Positions 40,999 to 49,260 of a stretch of 64,000 nt of DNA are shown here, one piece after another. The stretch comes from an uncultured Pseudomonadota bacterium. GTDB taxonomy: Bacteria > Pseudomonadota > Alphaproteobacteria > RF32 > CAG-239. The position numbers and the translations under genes were made by a program. The stretch spans positions 1,118-65,117 of the forward strand of contig CASFJL010000003.1 of the NCBI GenBank assembly GCA_949295005.1, read 5' to 3'. How positions within the stretch are numbered: the first letter of the stretch is position 1; the number at the start of each line of letters is the position of its first letter. The notes under the pieces were generated by a model. That model was not told the DNA's origin. It was given only the letters and a program-made list of their open reading frames with translations, and searched no databases.

Positions 40999-41304
40999 AT
41001 GACAAATAATTTAACAGATATTGCCGCTGTGTTTGATGCTTTGAGCAATGAAACAAGGTTACAAATTTTTCGTATTTTGGTGGAACATAGTAAAGAAGGT
41101 ATTACTCCAACCGAAATTTCAGCTTTGATGAATGATTTTCCGCGTAACACACTTTCTTTTCATTTGAGCTTGATGGCTAATGTCGGACTATGTTCGTCAG
41201 AAAAACAAGGAAAGCAGATTTTTTATAAGCCGAATTGTTGTCTGATTAAACAAATTACAAAATTTTTACTGACAGATTGTTGTAATGGGGGTTGCAATTG
41301 TTAG
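40999..41304 (+). CDS. ArsR/SmtB-family transcriptional repressor with a C-terminal Cys cluster
   Basis: Winged-helix signature FDALSNETRLQIFRILVEH...ISALMN...LSFHLSLMANVGL. It lacks the helix-3 CVC site and has a C-terminal DCCNGGCNC. Confidence 0.85.
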   Translation: MTNNLTDIAAVFDALSNETRLQIFRILVEHSKEGITPTEISALMNDFPRNTLSFHLSLMANVGLCSSEKQGKQIFYKPNCCLIKQITKFLLTDCCNGGCNC

Positions 41305-42259
41305 ATTTTTTTACACATTTTGCAGATTGGTCAATTTTGCAAATGGGACTCATAAAAAAAACTCATTTAGGTTCTGCCGTTCACTTCTTTATTGAAGATG
41401 CTACAAAGATATTTGTGCTTTTGTATTTATTAATATTCATTATCTCTTTGTTTCGTTCTCAGCTTAATCCTGAGCGTGTCAGAGATTATTTATTCGGCAA
41501 ATTGCGTTGGAGTGGCTATTTCTTAGCGGTTTTTTAGGGGTGGTTACACCTTTTTGCTCTTGCTCTTCCATTCCGTTGTTTATGGGATTTTTAGCCGCAG
41601 GTGTTCCATTTGGTGTAAGTGTAGCTTTTTTAGTTAGTTCTCCTCTGATTAGTGAAATTGCGGCTATTATGTTACTTGGCATGGGGAGTTATGGTGTTTA
41701 TATTGTTTCAATTTATATTGTTTCCGGAACAATTATTTCAGTATTGGCCGGATATTTGGCAGATAAATTTCATGTAGAAAAATATTTGGCGCTCAATATT
41801 CCTAAAACAATACCATCTGTTTGTGCTTGTTCAAATATGAGAGAAAAAGCGGTCGCTTTGGTGAAATATGCGCATGAATTTTCATGGAATTTGGTAAAAT
41901 CACTTTATCTGTATATTTTAGTAGGTTTAACTGTCGGAGCTTATATGCACGGCTATATTCCGCAAGAATTTTTTGTAAAATACATGGGGGCTGATAATAT
42001 TTGGGCGGTGCCTTTTGCCGCAATCGTCGGTATTCCGATTTATGCATCACAAGCCGGTATTGTTCCATTGGTTCAAGTTTTGTTGATGAAAGGTGTTCCC
42101 GTGGGTACGGCTTTGGTTGCTTTTATGAGTATTGCAACAATTTCATTGCCCGAGATGATGATGATTAAAAAAGTATTTAGCTTAAAACTATTGATGATGT
42201 TTATAGGTTATTTATTGGTGGCCTTTATTGCTACAGGATATTTGCTTAATTTGTTGTAG
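41292..42259 (+). pseudogene. COG0701/ArsP-like permease split into two frames by a 1-nt length difference in a T-run
   Basis: The ORFs 41292-41537 and 41507-42259 are the N- and C-terminal parts of one permease. The conserved GVVTPFCSCSSIPLF follows directly after the break. Adding one T to the T6 run at 41530-41535 gives ...GYFLAVFLGVVTPFCSC. Confidence 0.7.
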
Positions 42260-42267
42260 GAGGAAAG

Positions 42268-42534
42268 ATGAAAGAGATAAAAATTTTAGGCATGGGATGT
42301 CCCAAGTGCAAAGCAACTTTTGAAGTGGTCGAAGAAGTGGCCAAAGCACATGGATTTGCCGGAACAATTGAAAAGGTGGAAGACATTGCTACTATTATTT
42401 CTTACGGAGTGATGTCAACGCCTGCTATTGTAATTGACGGTAATATCGCTTTTGTTGGCGGTGTTCCATCCAAAGAGCAAGTAGAAAGCTGGTTTAATGT
42501 GCAAATCGGCTCTTGCGGATGTTGTTGTAAATAA
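42268..42534 (+). CDS. Thioredoxin-family 'redox-active disulfide protein 2'-like small protein
   Basis: MKEIKILGMGCPKCK...YGVMSTPAIVIDG...GGVPSKEQV matches this family. It carries an unusual C-terminal CGCCCK tail. It is the usual neighbour of COG0701 permeases. Confidence 0.8.
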   Translation: MKEIKILGMGCPKCKATFEVVEEVAKAHGFAGTIEKVEDIATIISYGVMSTPAIVIDGNIAFVGGVPSKEQVESWFNVQIGSCGCCCK

Positions 42535-42561
42535 GTTTAGATAAGTTTCCTTTATAAAGTA

Positions 42562-42598
42562 ATGTCCTCGGAAGATTAAAAGCTGAGGACATTTTTTG
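42562..42598 (+). terminator. Rho-independent terminator of the arsR-permease-thioredoxin cluster
   Basis: ATGTCCTCggaagattaaaagctGAGGACATtttttt. Confidence 0.75.
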
Positions 42599-42662
42599 TT
42601 GAACTTTAAGCTTTAATTTATTATACTCTCAGCGTGTTTTTTATTATTAAACTTATAAGAAT

Positions 42663-43544
42663 ATGAAAAAATTTTTTTCTAAACAAGATTATGTTGATGC
42701 TGAAATAATTTTGGCTCAGCTGAGTGTGAAAACAAATTGTTTTGATGCAAGAGGAAAAGTTATTCCTGCAAAATATTTGGTTTGTGTGGATGATGATATA
42801 ACCTCTGCTTTCTACGCTGTTGATATTTATTTTCAAATTCATCATGCTTATGGGTATTATCCGACTATTTTGTGTGTCGGCGGGGTTGGTCCATTGTCAA
42901 AATACACAAATAAATCAGGTGAATCTGAAGGGCAGAAACTTGCACGAGTGTGTGAAGCTTTGGGGGTTATGTCTTCTCAGTTGATGATTTTGGATAAAGG
43001 GACAAATACCGGACTTAATTGTTTGGATATTTATAACGTGGTTAAAAATGACAATGAATGGAAAGTCATTATGTGTTTGACTAAACGATTGTCCTTGCGT
43101 TTGAAACAAACTTTTGAGTTTTTGGATAAACAGTATCCGGATAAAGTGGACGCAAAATCTCTGGCCAAAATTGTTGCTTCGACATTCTATTATGTGCCAG
43201 ATGAGGCCTTAAATGATATGGGAATGATGCAAGTGTACAACTGCAAGGGAATATGCAAAGGTGTGTTGCTTTTTTCTGAAATTGCATCAATTTATGACCG
43301 AATTTCTCGGTATTCCGGAAAATTGCAAAAACCTCTGGATTTTGTGGTGTCTTCAGATGTCAAGGCGGCATCAAAGCGTTTGGCAAAAAAATATCCGTTA
43401 AAAATCAATATGTATTGTTTTAACGGTATTTGGCAATTTGTTTGGGTATATTTGTATATTCTCAGAAAGAAAAAATATATTCAAGAAGATACCCAAAGAA
43501 AATTTGTCGCATGGCGTTTTTTCTTGGAAAATTGCAGAAAATGA
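42663..43544 (+). CDS. Hypothetical protein, tentatively DUF218 (YdcF/ElyC/SanA)-like
   Basis: ILCVGGVGPL...ESEGQKLARVCEALGVMSSQLMILDKGTNTGLNC...IMCLTKRLSLRLKQTF loosely follows the DUF218 pattern (GG...sEA..m...Gv....i..e..s.nT.eN...vT...H..R). The match is weak. Confidence 0.4.
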   Translation: MKKFFSKQDYVDAEIILAQLSVKTNCFDARGKVIPAKYLVCVDDDITSAFYAVDIYFQIHHAYGYYPTILCVGGVGPLSKYTNKSGESEGQKLARVCEALGVMSSQLMILDKGTNTGLNCLDIYNVVKNDNEWKVIMCLTKRLSLRLKQTFEFLDKQYPDKVDAKSLAKIVASTFYYVPDEALNDMGMMQVYNCKGICKGVLLFSEIASIYDRISRYSGKLQKPLDFVVSSDVKAASKRLAKKYPLKINMYCFNGIWQFVWVYLYILRKKKYIQEDTQRKFVAWRFFLENCRK

Positions 43545-43551
43545 ATATTGT

Positions 43552-43586
43552 AAAAAAGCCCGATATTTTTGTATCGGGCTTTTTTA
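43552..43586. terminator. Bidirectional rho-independent terminator between convergent genes (orf293 and motB)
   Basis: aaaaaAGCCCGATAtttttgTATCGGGCTttttt: a 9-bp perfect stem. Confidence 0.85.
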
Positions 43587-44243
43587 CTATTGATATGACG
43601 GTTCTATATGAATGACTACACGACGATTTCTTTTTCTGTTGTTGGGGATAGGTTCTCCATAGACATCTAAGTTTGGATATTTGGGAGAAACATCATATAA
43701 ACCAACAGCTTGCATTCTAACACGAGGAATTCCTCTTTCTTCTAAAAATCTGACAACAGTAGAAGCTCTTGCTGATGAAAGCTCCCAGTTTGATGGAAAT
43801 TGCGGGCTAGAAAATTTTTCATCGCTGGTGTGACCTTCTATACTAAATTTAAAGTTTTTATATCTTTCAGAAAGCAAAGTCGCTGATATTCTTTTCAAGA
43901 CAGAAATGGCTTTTGAACTCAATTCTGCAGAGCCTTGCGTGAAAAATGTATCTCCATCCAGCTCTAAGACCAAACCTTGCGAATCGCTGCCCAAAGACAT
44001 TTTATCACTAATATCTGTTGATTTTATATCATCTTCTAAGTCAGCTTTCATAAGTTGTAAAGGACGTTCATTATTTTTATTTCCTAATGCATTGTTCATA
44101 CTGGCTTGAATTTGTTCAAAAAGAGCCAAGTCAGGTTTTGATACGGTTGCCATCATCACAAAAAAACATAAGAGCAAGGTAACCATATCGCCATAAGTTG
44201 CCATCCAACCTTCATCTAACGGTTCTTCGGGCTTTTTTTTCAT
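43587..44243 (-). CDS. motB: Flagellar stator protein MotB (OmpA-like peptidoglycan-binding C-terminus)
   Basis: EGWMATYGDMVTLLLCFFV contains the conserved channel Asp and the TM helix. The C-terminal OmpA-like motif reads GHTSDEKF...NWELSSARASTVVRFL...NRRVVI. It lies directly downstream of motA. Confidence 0.88.
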   Translation of the reverse strand: MKKKPEEPLDEGWMATYGDMVTLLLCFFVMMATVSKPDLALFEQIQASMNNALGNKNNERPLQLMKADLEDDIKSTDISDKMSLGSDSQGLVLELDGDTFFTQGSAELSSKAISVLKRISATLLSERYKNFKFSIEGHTSDEKFSSPQFPSNWELSSARASTVVRFLEERGIPRVRMQAVGLYDVSPKYPNLDVYGEPIPNNRKRNRRVVIHIEPSYQ

Positions 44244-44251
44244 AAAACCTC

Positions 44252-45073
44252 CTAGCTTTCAGATTGTGTTGTGTTTGTGTTCATATCTCTATCAATTAAA
44301 AATTGATCTTTAGCATCAACAAAGGAGTTAATTTTATCTTGAATATAACGCGGACTCTTTCTTTCAGCTAGCAAAACCAAACCTTCTTTAATCATGGTGT
44401 TTTTAAACATACTAACATCATAGCGTGAAGATATTTTGGTGGATAGTGGAATGAAAATTAATCTCGCTAAAATAATACCATAAAAGGTTGTAACTAAGGC
44501 AACGGCCATACTTGGACCAATGGCAGACGGATCTCCTCCCATTTTACCAAGCATGATAATCAATCCAATTAAGGTACCAAGCATACCAAAAGCAGGGGCG
44601 TCACCACCCATTTTTTTTAGGGCATCTAATGATTGTTTATTGCGTTCTGTTTCTGCATCTAACATTTGGTCTAAAATTTGATTAATTTCTTGTCCTGTGT
44701 ATCCGGTTACAACCAAATCTGTTGCATATGCCGTAAAAGGGTCTTCTTCTCTTAGTTTGTCTGTAATTTCATTTTCAAGTCCTTGTAAGCCGTTTTTTTG
44801 TACAATGTAGGCCCATCGTACAATTCGGCCAATTTCTTCTTTTAATGAAATTTCAGAATCTCCATGTTTGCGGAAGGTATCTCCCATTAACTTAAATGCA
44901 CCGATTGCTGTTTTGGTTTCATAAGAGAGAAATAGTGCAACAATTGTGCCTCCAACAACTATAATTAAACTTGGTATATCTATAAATGCGCTTGGGGTAT
45001 CTGTTGCTGTTAAAATAGATCCAAGAACAACAGCTATTGCTGCAATAAAAGAAAAAATTGTTCCTAATGACAT
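44252..45073 (-). CDS. motA: Flagellar stator protein MotA (MotA/TolQ/ExbB family)
   Basis: 273 aa with four TM segments and a MotA/ExbB channel region (APAFGMLGTLIGLIIM...VALVTTFYGIILARLIFIPL). It is paired with motB across an 8-nt spacer. Confidence 0.9.
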   Translation of the reverse strand: MSLGTIFSFIAAIAVVLGSILTATDTPSAFIDIPSLIIVVGGTIVALFLSYETKTAIGAFKLMGDTFRKHGDSEISLKEEIGRIVRWAYIVQKNGLQGLENEITDKLREEDPFTAYATDLVVTGYTGQEINQILDQMLDAETERNKQSLDALKKMGGDAPAFGMLGTLIGLIIMLGKMGGDPSAIGPSMAVALVTTFYGIILARLIFIPLSTKISSRYDVSMFKNTMIKEGLVLLAERKSPRYIQDKINSFVDAKDQFLIDRDMNTNTTQSES

Positions 45074-45085
45074 AATCCATCCTTC

Positions 45086-45102
45086 TGTTTAGAATGTTTA
45101 GA
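45086..45102 (-). repeat. Direct 9-nt-period repeat TGTTTAGA x2 in the 30-nt gcrA-motA spacer
   Basis: tgtttaga occurs at 45086-45093 and 45095-45102. On the coding strand it reads TCTAAACAtTCTAAACAgAAGGATGG, just before the motA RBS. Confidence 0.7.
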
Positions 45103-45103
45103 G

Positions 45104-45604
45104 TTATTTTTTTGAGGCTTTCACATAAGCAATGTTTGCATGCTCATCACAGTAGGTTTGACCTAGGCGAATCTTCTTGCCGCAAAAATGAAAGTTTTCA
45201 TCTTTAGGATCTCCAATCGGCCAACGGCATGTATGATTGTCTAAATCTGTTAACATGGTTTTTCCATGATGATGTTTATTTTTGATTGGCTCAACTGTTT
45301 GAACACTCGGTTCTGATTTTTCTATTTTTTCTTCTTTTTCTTCAGTTATTTTTTTTGAAACTTTAGGTTCTGCCTTTTCTTTTACAATATTGCTTTTGGT
45401 TTCTGGTTTATTATTGTTTGCAGAGGTAGAATCTGGGGAATCTTTTTTCTTGATTGGAGAGGGGCGTCCTGATAACCCTAAACGATGAACCTTTCCAACA
45501 ATGGAATTTTTGGATACACCCAATCTTTTGCCAATTTCTCCGGTGGTTAAACCTTCTTTCCACATTTCACGCAGTTGGTTAACCATTTCATCTGTCCAAG
45601 CCAT
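45104..45604 (-). CDS. gcrA: Cell-cycle transcriptional regulator GcrA
   Basis: MAWTDEMVNQLREMWKEGLTTGEIGKRLGVSKNSIVGKVHRLGLSGRPSP, plus the C-terminal CRWPIGDP...FCG...YCDEH. Both are GcrA hallmarks. Confidence 0.9.
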   Translation of the reverse strand: MAWTDEMVNQLREMWKEGLTTGEIGKRLGVSKNSIVGKVHRLGLSGRPSPIKKKDSPDSTSANNNKPETKSNIVKEKAEPKVSKKITEEKEEKIEKSEPSVQTVEPIKNKHHHGKTMLTDLDNHTCRWPIGDPKDENFHFCGKKIRLGQTYCDEHANIAYVKASKK

Positions 45605-45754
45605 TATTTGCTCCTTAACTTTAATAACATGTTATTTTGATATATTTATATTGCAATATTTTTTGCGAGTCTAGTGATAAATTAAAATAGTTCTTCTTTT
45701 TTATTTTTTTTGCGTTAAACTCCGTTTAGATAGTTGATAATTTTGGGAGGCATT

Positions 45755-47200
45755 ATGAATAAATTTAAATGGATGTTGTTGGGGGTCACGAGTTTTGCCG
45801 TTATTGCTTCTTCTTTGAATGCAAAAGAAATTGTGGTTAAACAAGAGCAAAATTCTGTTTTGAATATTTATTCTAATAATTTGGCTTTGGTAACAGATGT
45901 CAGAAAAGTTTCTTTACCAGCGGGTGAACATCAGATTACGTTTGAGGGTGTTTCTCGTTTAATTAAGCCAGAAAGTGCCTTGTTTCAAGCTCAAGATGTA
46001 TCTGTTCTTGAACAAAATTATGAATATAATTTGCTAAATGATTATAACCTTAAAGATGCTTATATTGGTAAAAAGGTTAAGACGGCGTTAGAAAACCCTA
46101 AAACAGGGCAAGTCAGTTATGACGAGGCTCTTTTGTTGAATTATATTAACGGACAAGCTATTTTGCAATTTGATTATGGCGTGGAAACAAATTTTCCGGG
46201 GAGGTTGATTTTTAATGAAATTCCTGAAAATTTGCAGATTAAACCGGCATTAGGGGCTGTGTTCCAAAATTCTAAAGCCGGTGAAAAAGATGTCTCTTTA
46301 ACTTATTTAACAAACGGAATGAGCTGGAAAGCTGATTATTTGGCTGAAATTGTCAGTGATAATACACTTAATTTAGATGCTTGGATATCTTTGTCTAATG
46401 ATGCCGGTGTTGATTTTACCAATGCAGAAGTTTTGTTGGTTTCAGGTTCTGTTAACCAAGTTTCTGCAAATTATAGAAATTCTGCTCAGCCTTTGATGAT
46501 GGCAAGAGCTGCAAAAGCTGAAATGGCAATGGGTAGTGATATGATGGCTATGGATGCCGGAATGTCTGTCTCTGCAAATGCAGTTGCAGATTATTATACT
46601 TATAAATTGCCTAAAAAGGTAACTTTGAAAAATAATCAAACCAAACAAGTTAAGCTCTTTAATTTGGAAAAAGTGAAATTTGATAAAGAATATGTTTTAA
46701 AATCACCTTTATATTTGCGTGCAGGGGTCAAACAAGGTAATTTTGAAAAATTAAACCCTGAAATTGTTTTTAAATTTGAAAACTTAAAACAAAATAATTT
46801 AGGTCTGCCTCTGCCTGCCGGAATTTTGAGATTTTATGATAATGAAAAACAACAAAATAAACTTTTTTTGGGTGAAAACAATTTAAAATCTGTTGCTGAA
46901 GGTGAAAAATTTGAAGTTTTGATAGGCAATGCTTTTGATGTCTTTGCGCAAGGAAAAATTGTTCAAGCCAAAATGCTTGCAAAAGATATTTATGAATATG
47001 ATGTTGAGGTCAAAATTACTAACTCTTCTAATGAGCAAAAACAAGTTGTTTTTGAGCAAAATATTTATGATACTTGGGAGATTGTGAAAGAAAATATGCC
47101 TTCTGAAAAGATAAATGCTGCCAAATTGGCTTGGAAAGTTTTTTTACCTAAAAAGTCAGAAAAAACTTTAACTTTTAAATTAAGAGTAAATAAAAATTGA
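45755..47200 (+). CDS. Secreted DUF4139-like (MuiA-type) protein
   Basis: ATG at 45755 after a GGGAGG RBS, with a signal peptide. The pattern VTDVRKVSLPAGEHQITFEGVS..., MSWKADYLAEI..., LDAWISLSNDAGVDFTNAEVLLVSG resembles DUF4139 proteins as I recall them. Confidence 0.55.
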   Translation: MNKFKWMLLGVTSFAVIASSLNAKEIVVKQEQNSVLNIYSNNLALVTDVRKVSLPAGEHQITFEGVSRLIKPESALFQAQDVSVLEQNYEYNLLNDYNLKDAYIGKKVKTALENPKTGQVSYDEALLLNYINGQAILQFDYGVETNFPGRLIFNEIPENLQIKPALGAVFQNSKAGEKDVSLTYLTNGMSWKADYLAEIVSDNTLNLDAWISLSNDAGVDFTNAEVLLVSGSVNQVSANYRNSAQPLMMARAAKAEMAMGSDMMAMDAGMSVSANAVADYYTYKLPKKVTLKNNQTKQVKLFNLEKVKFDKEYVLKSPLYLRAGVKQGNFEKLNPEIVFKFENLKQNNLGLPLPAGILRFYDNEKQQNKLFLGENNLKSVAEGEKFEVLIGNAFDVFAQGKIVQAKMLAKDIYEYDVEVKITNSSNEQKQVVFEQNIYDTWEIVKENMPSEKINAAKLAWKVFLPKKSEKTLTFKLRVNKN

Positions 47201-48453
47201 TGAAATTTTACTCCTTTTTTATTTTTATTTGTAGCATTTTTGCGGTATCAACTTCAAATGCTTTGATGCCGCAAGATTATGCTCATTATTTTGAAATTAA
47301 TTTAGATGAAAAACTTCCTTCTTTGTCTGAATTAAGTAAAAAATATGCTCAAGAAGAAATTTATGATTATAAATATGATTATTCTTGGAATATTGAAGAT
47401 GTGTTTGATTCTCAGTTTAGACAACGTATTTTAGATAACGGAAAAAGAGAAAAAAGACTCGTCTTTCCTGAAGAAAAAGTTTTTGTGCAAATGATTGAAA
47501 GTGTGCCTAAAGAACTTTATCCTTATATTGGGCCTTATATGCATACGGTTCCGGGGATTCCTGAAAAAGTTTTGAATATCCCTGAAATTAAAGCTACAAA
47601 AAATAAATTTCCTGAAAAAATTGCTCCTCAGTTGCAAAATATTCCCGATATTGAGTTTGTTTCTCCGTCTTTATATTTTATTTTGATGCCTGAAGCTTGG
47701 CCGGATAATCAGCGTTATATGGAAATGCCCAATTTTTATGCCAGTTATCCTAAAGTTGAATATAAGCATGATTTTTATAACAAAATTAAAAAATTGGTGC
47801 CGGTGTCTCAGTTTGCTCCCGATGCAAAAAAAGAAAAAAAAGTTTCTCGTAGTGATTTTAGAACAGTGCAACCTACGCAAACAAGCTTGTTAACGGCAGC
47901 TGATGTTGCTGCTTTTGCAGACACTTTAGATGGGGTATTAAAATTTTCTAAAGAAAATACTAATTTTTCTGACCTACATCGAGCCGGTATGCTTTTGGAT
48001 ATGTATGAGGTTGATGAAAAAAAAGGAATTCCAAATAATAACCAGATTAAAGACATGGTTAATCCTTGTCAGAGATTGGTGCAAAAATTGCAAATTTTGG
48101 GGCCTAAAAAAGAGGTGGAATTTTTAAAAATTGTTGCACCTAAAGGTTTTGATTTGAAAACTTGGGCGTATACTTGTGATAAAACCATTAAAGCGTATCG
48201 TTTGGCGCAGATAAATCGTAAAACATTATTTGAATTAAAGGCTTATTCAAAAGGATTGTATTTGCCAGCAATCAGACAATATAATTTAGATGCGCAAATG
48301 TTCCAGATGTCTACCATGCAGGCTATTTTAGAAATGTATAAAGCTCCAATGAGTGATGTGATTGAAGTGAAAAAGAATCGCAAAATTTTAAAGGATAAAT
48401 TCAAAAAAATGGATTTTATGTTGGTAACAAACCCAATTGCTATGCATTATTAA
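47200..48453 (+). CDS. Secreted hypothetical protein, translationally coupled to the DUF4139-like gene
   Basis: A TGATG overlap with the upstream stop. Signal peptide MKFYSFFIFICSIFAVSTSNA. No recognisable family. Confidence 0.6.
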   Translation: MKFYSFFIFICSIFAVSTSNALMPQDYAHYFEINLDEKLPSLSELSKKYAQEEIYDYKYDYSWNIEDVFDSQFRQRILDNGKREKRLVFPEEKVFVQMIESVPKELYPYIGPYMHTVPGIPEKVLNIPEIKATKNKFPEKIAPQLQNIPDIEFVSPSLYFILMPEAWPDNQRYMEMPNFYASYPKVEYKHDFYNKIKKLVPVSQFAPDAKKEKKVSRSDFRTVQPTQTSLLTAADVAAFADTLDGVLKFSKENTNFSDLHRAGMLLDMYEVDEKKGIPNNNQIKDMVNPCQRLVQKLQILGPKKEVEFLKIVAPKGFDLKTWAYTCDKTIKAYRLAQINRKTLFELKAYSKGLYLPAIRQYNLDAQMFQMSTMQAILEMYKAPMSDVIEVKKNRKILKDKFKKMDFMLVTNPIAMHY

Positions 48454-48509
48454 TTATATTAAAATCAAAAACTTATTTAATAAATATTGCAAAATGTTGT
48501 AAAAATTTA

Positions 48510-48538
48510 TTGCATTTCAGTTTAAGCTTATGTATAAG
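48510..48538 (+). promoter_or_regulatory. Candidate sigma70-type promoter for rpoZ
   Basis: TTGCAT (48510-48515), 17 nt, then TATAAG (48533-48538), 44 nt upstream of the rpoZ ATG. Such matches occur by chance in AT-rich DNA. Confidence 0.3.
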
Positions 48539-48581
48539 TATTTTAATTTTTGTTATTAGCATTTAATTTAAGGTGAAAAAT

Positions 48582-49064
48582 ATGGCACGCGTAACTGTTG
48601 AAGATTGCATTGATAAAATTCCTAATCGTTATGAATTATTGATGGTGGCAGCACAAAGAGCTAAGGATATTTCCTCTGGTGCTCCGCTGACTTTGCCCAG
48701 AGATAATGATAAAAATACGGTTGTGGCTTTGAGAGAAATTGCTGACGAGACCGTTAGTATTGAAGAATTGCAAAAATCTTTGGTTATGGGCTTGCAAAAA
48801 TTTGTTGAAGTTGAAGAGCCTGAAGAAGAAGAAATGGAAATTATTGCCGCTGAAAAAGAACTTTCTGATTTGGATGAACAGTTCTCCGGTTTGCTCTCTG
48901 AAACAGATATCGGTGAAGCTATGCAAGTGCATGGTGAAGATGATGTTGATGTGGACTTTGATGCTGAAATGGATGCAGATTCAGATATTGATTTGGATGA
49001 TGAAATGGCTTATGCCAATGAATCTGATTTGGGCGGCGAGTTTGATGACTATGATGAAGAATAG
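48582..49064 (+). CDS. rpoZ: DNA-directed RNA polymerase subunit omega with a long acidic C-terminal extension
   Basis: [30 protein letters not shown] is the canonical omega N-terminus. Residues ~75-160 are D/E-rich ([10 protein letters not shown]...[21 protein letters not shown]...FDDYDEE). Confidence 0.9.
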   Translation: MARVTVEDCIDKIPNRYELLMVAAQRAKDISSGAPLTLPRDNDKNTVVALREIADETVSIEELQKSLVMGLQKFVEVEEPEEEEMEIIAAEKELSDLDEQFSGLLSETDIGEAMQVHGEDDVDVDFDAEMDADSDIDLDDEMAYANESDLGGEFDDYDEE

Positions 49065-49083
49065 TCATAGATAGTTCAAAGGT

Positions 49084-49118
49084 AAAAAAAAGAGAGTTTC
49101 AAACTCTCTTTTTTTTTC
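49084..49118 (+). terminator. Rho-independent terminator between rpoZ and spoT
   Basis: aaaaaaaAGAGAGTttcaaACTCTCTttttttttt. Confidence 0.85.
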
Positions 49119-49260
49119 TTAATTTATTATCCTAAAGCTCAAAGTTATTTTATTTTATGTATTTTAACCTTATTTTTAAATTTTTTTGTTGTAGTATGCA
49201 TAAAAGTTTTATATTCTAACTTGTGTTGGTATTTTATTTGGCAGAGGTTAAATACATTTC

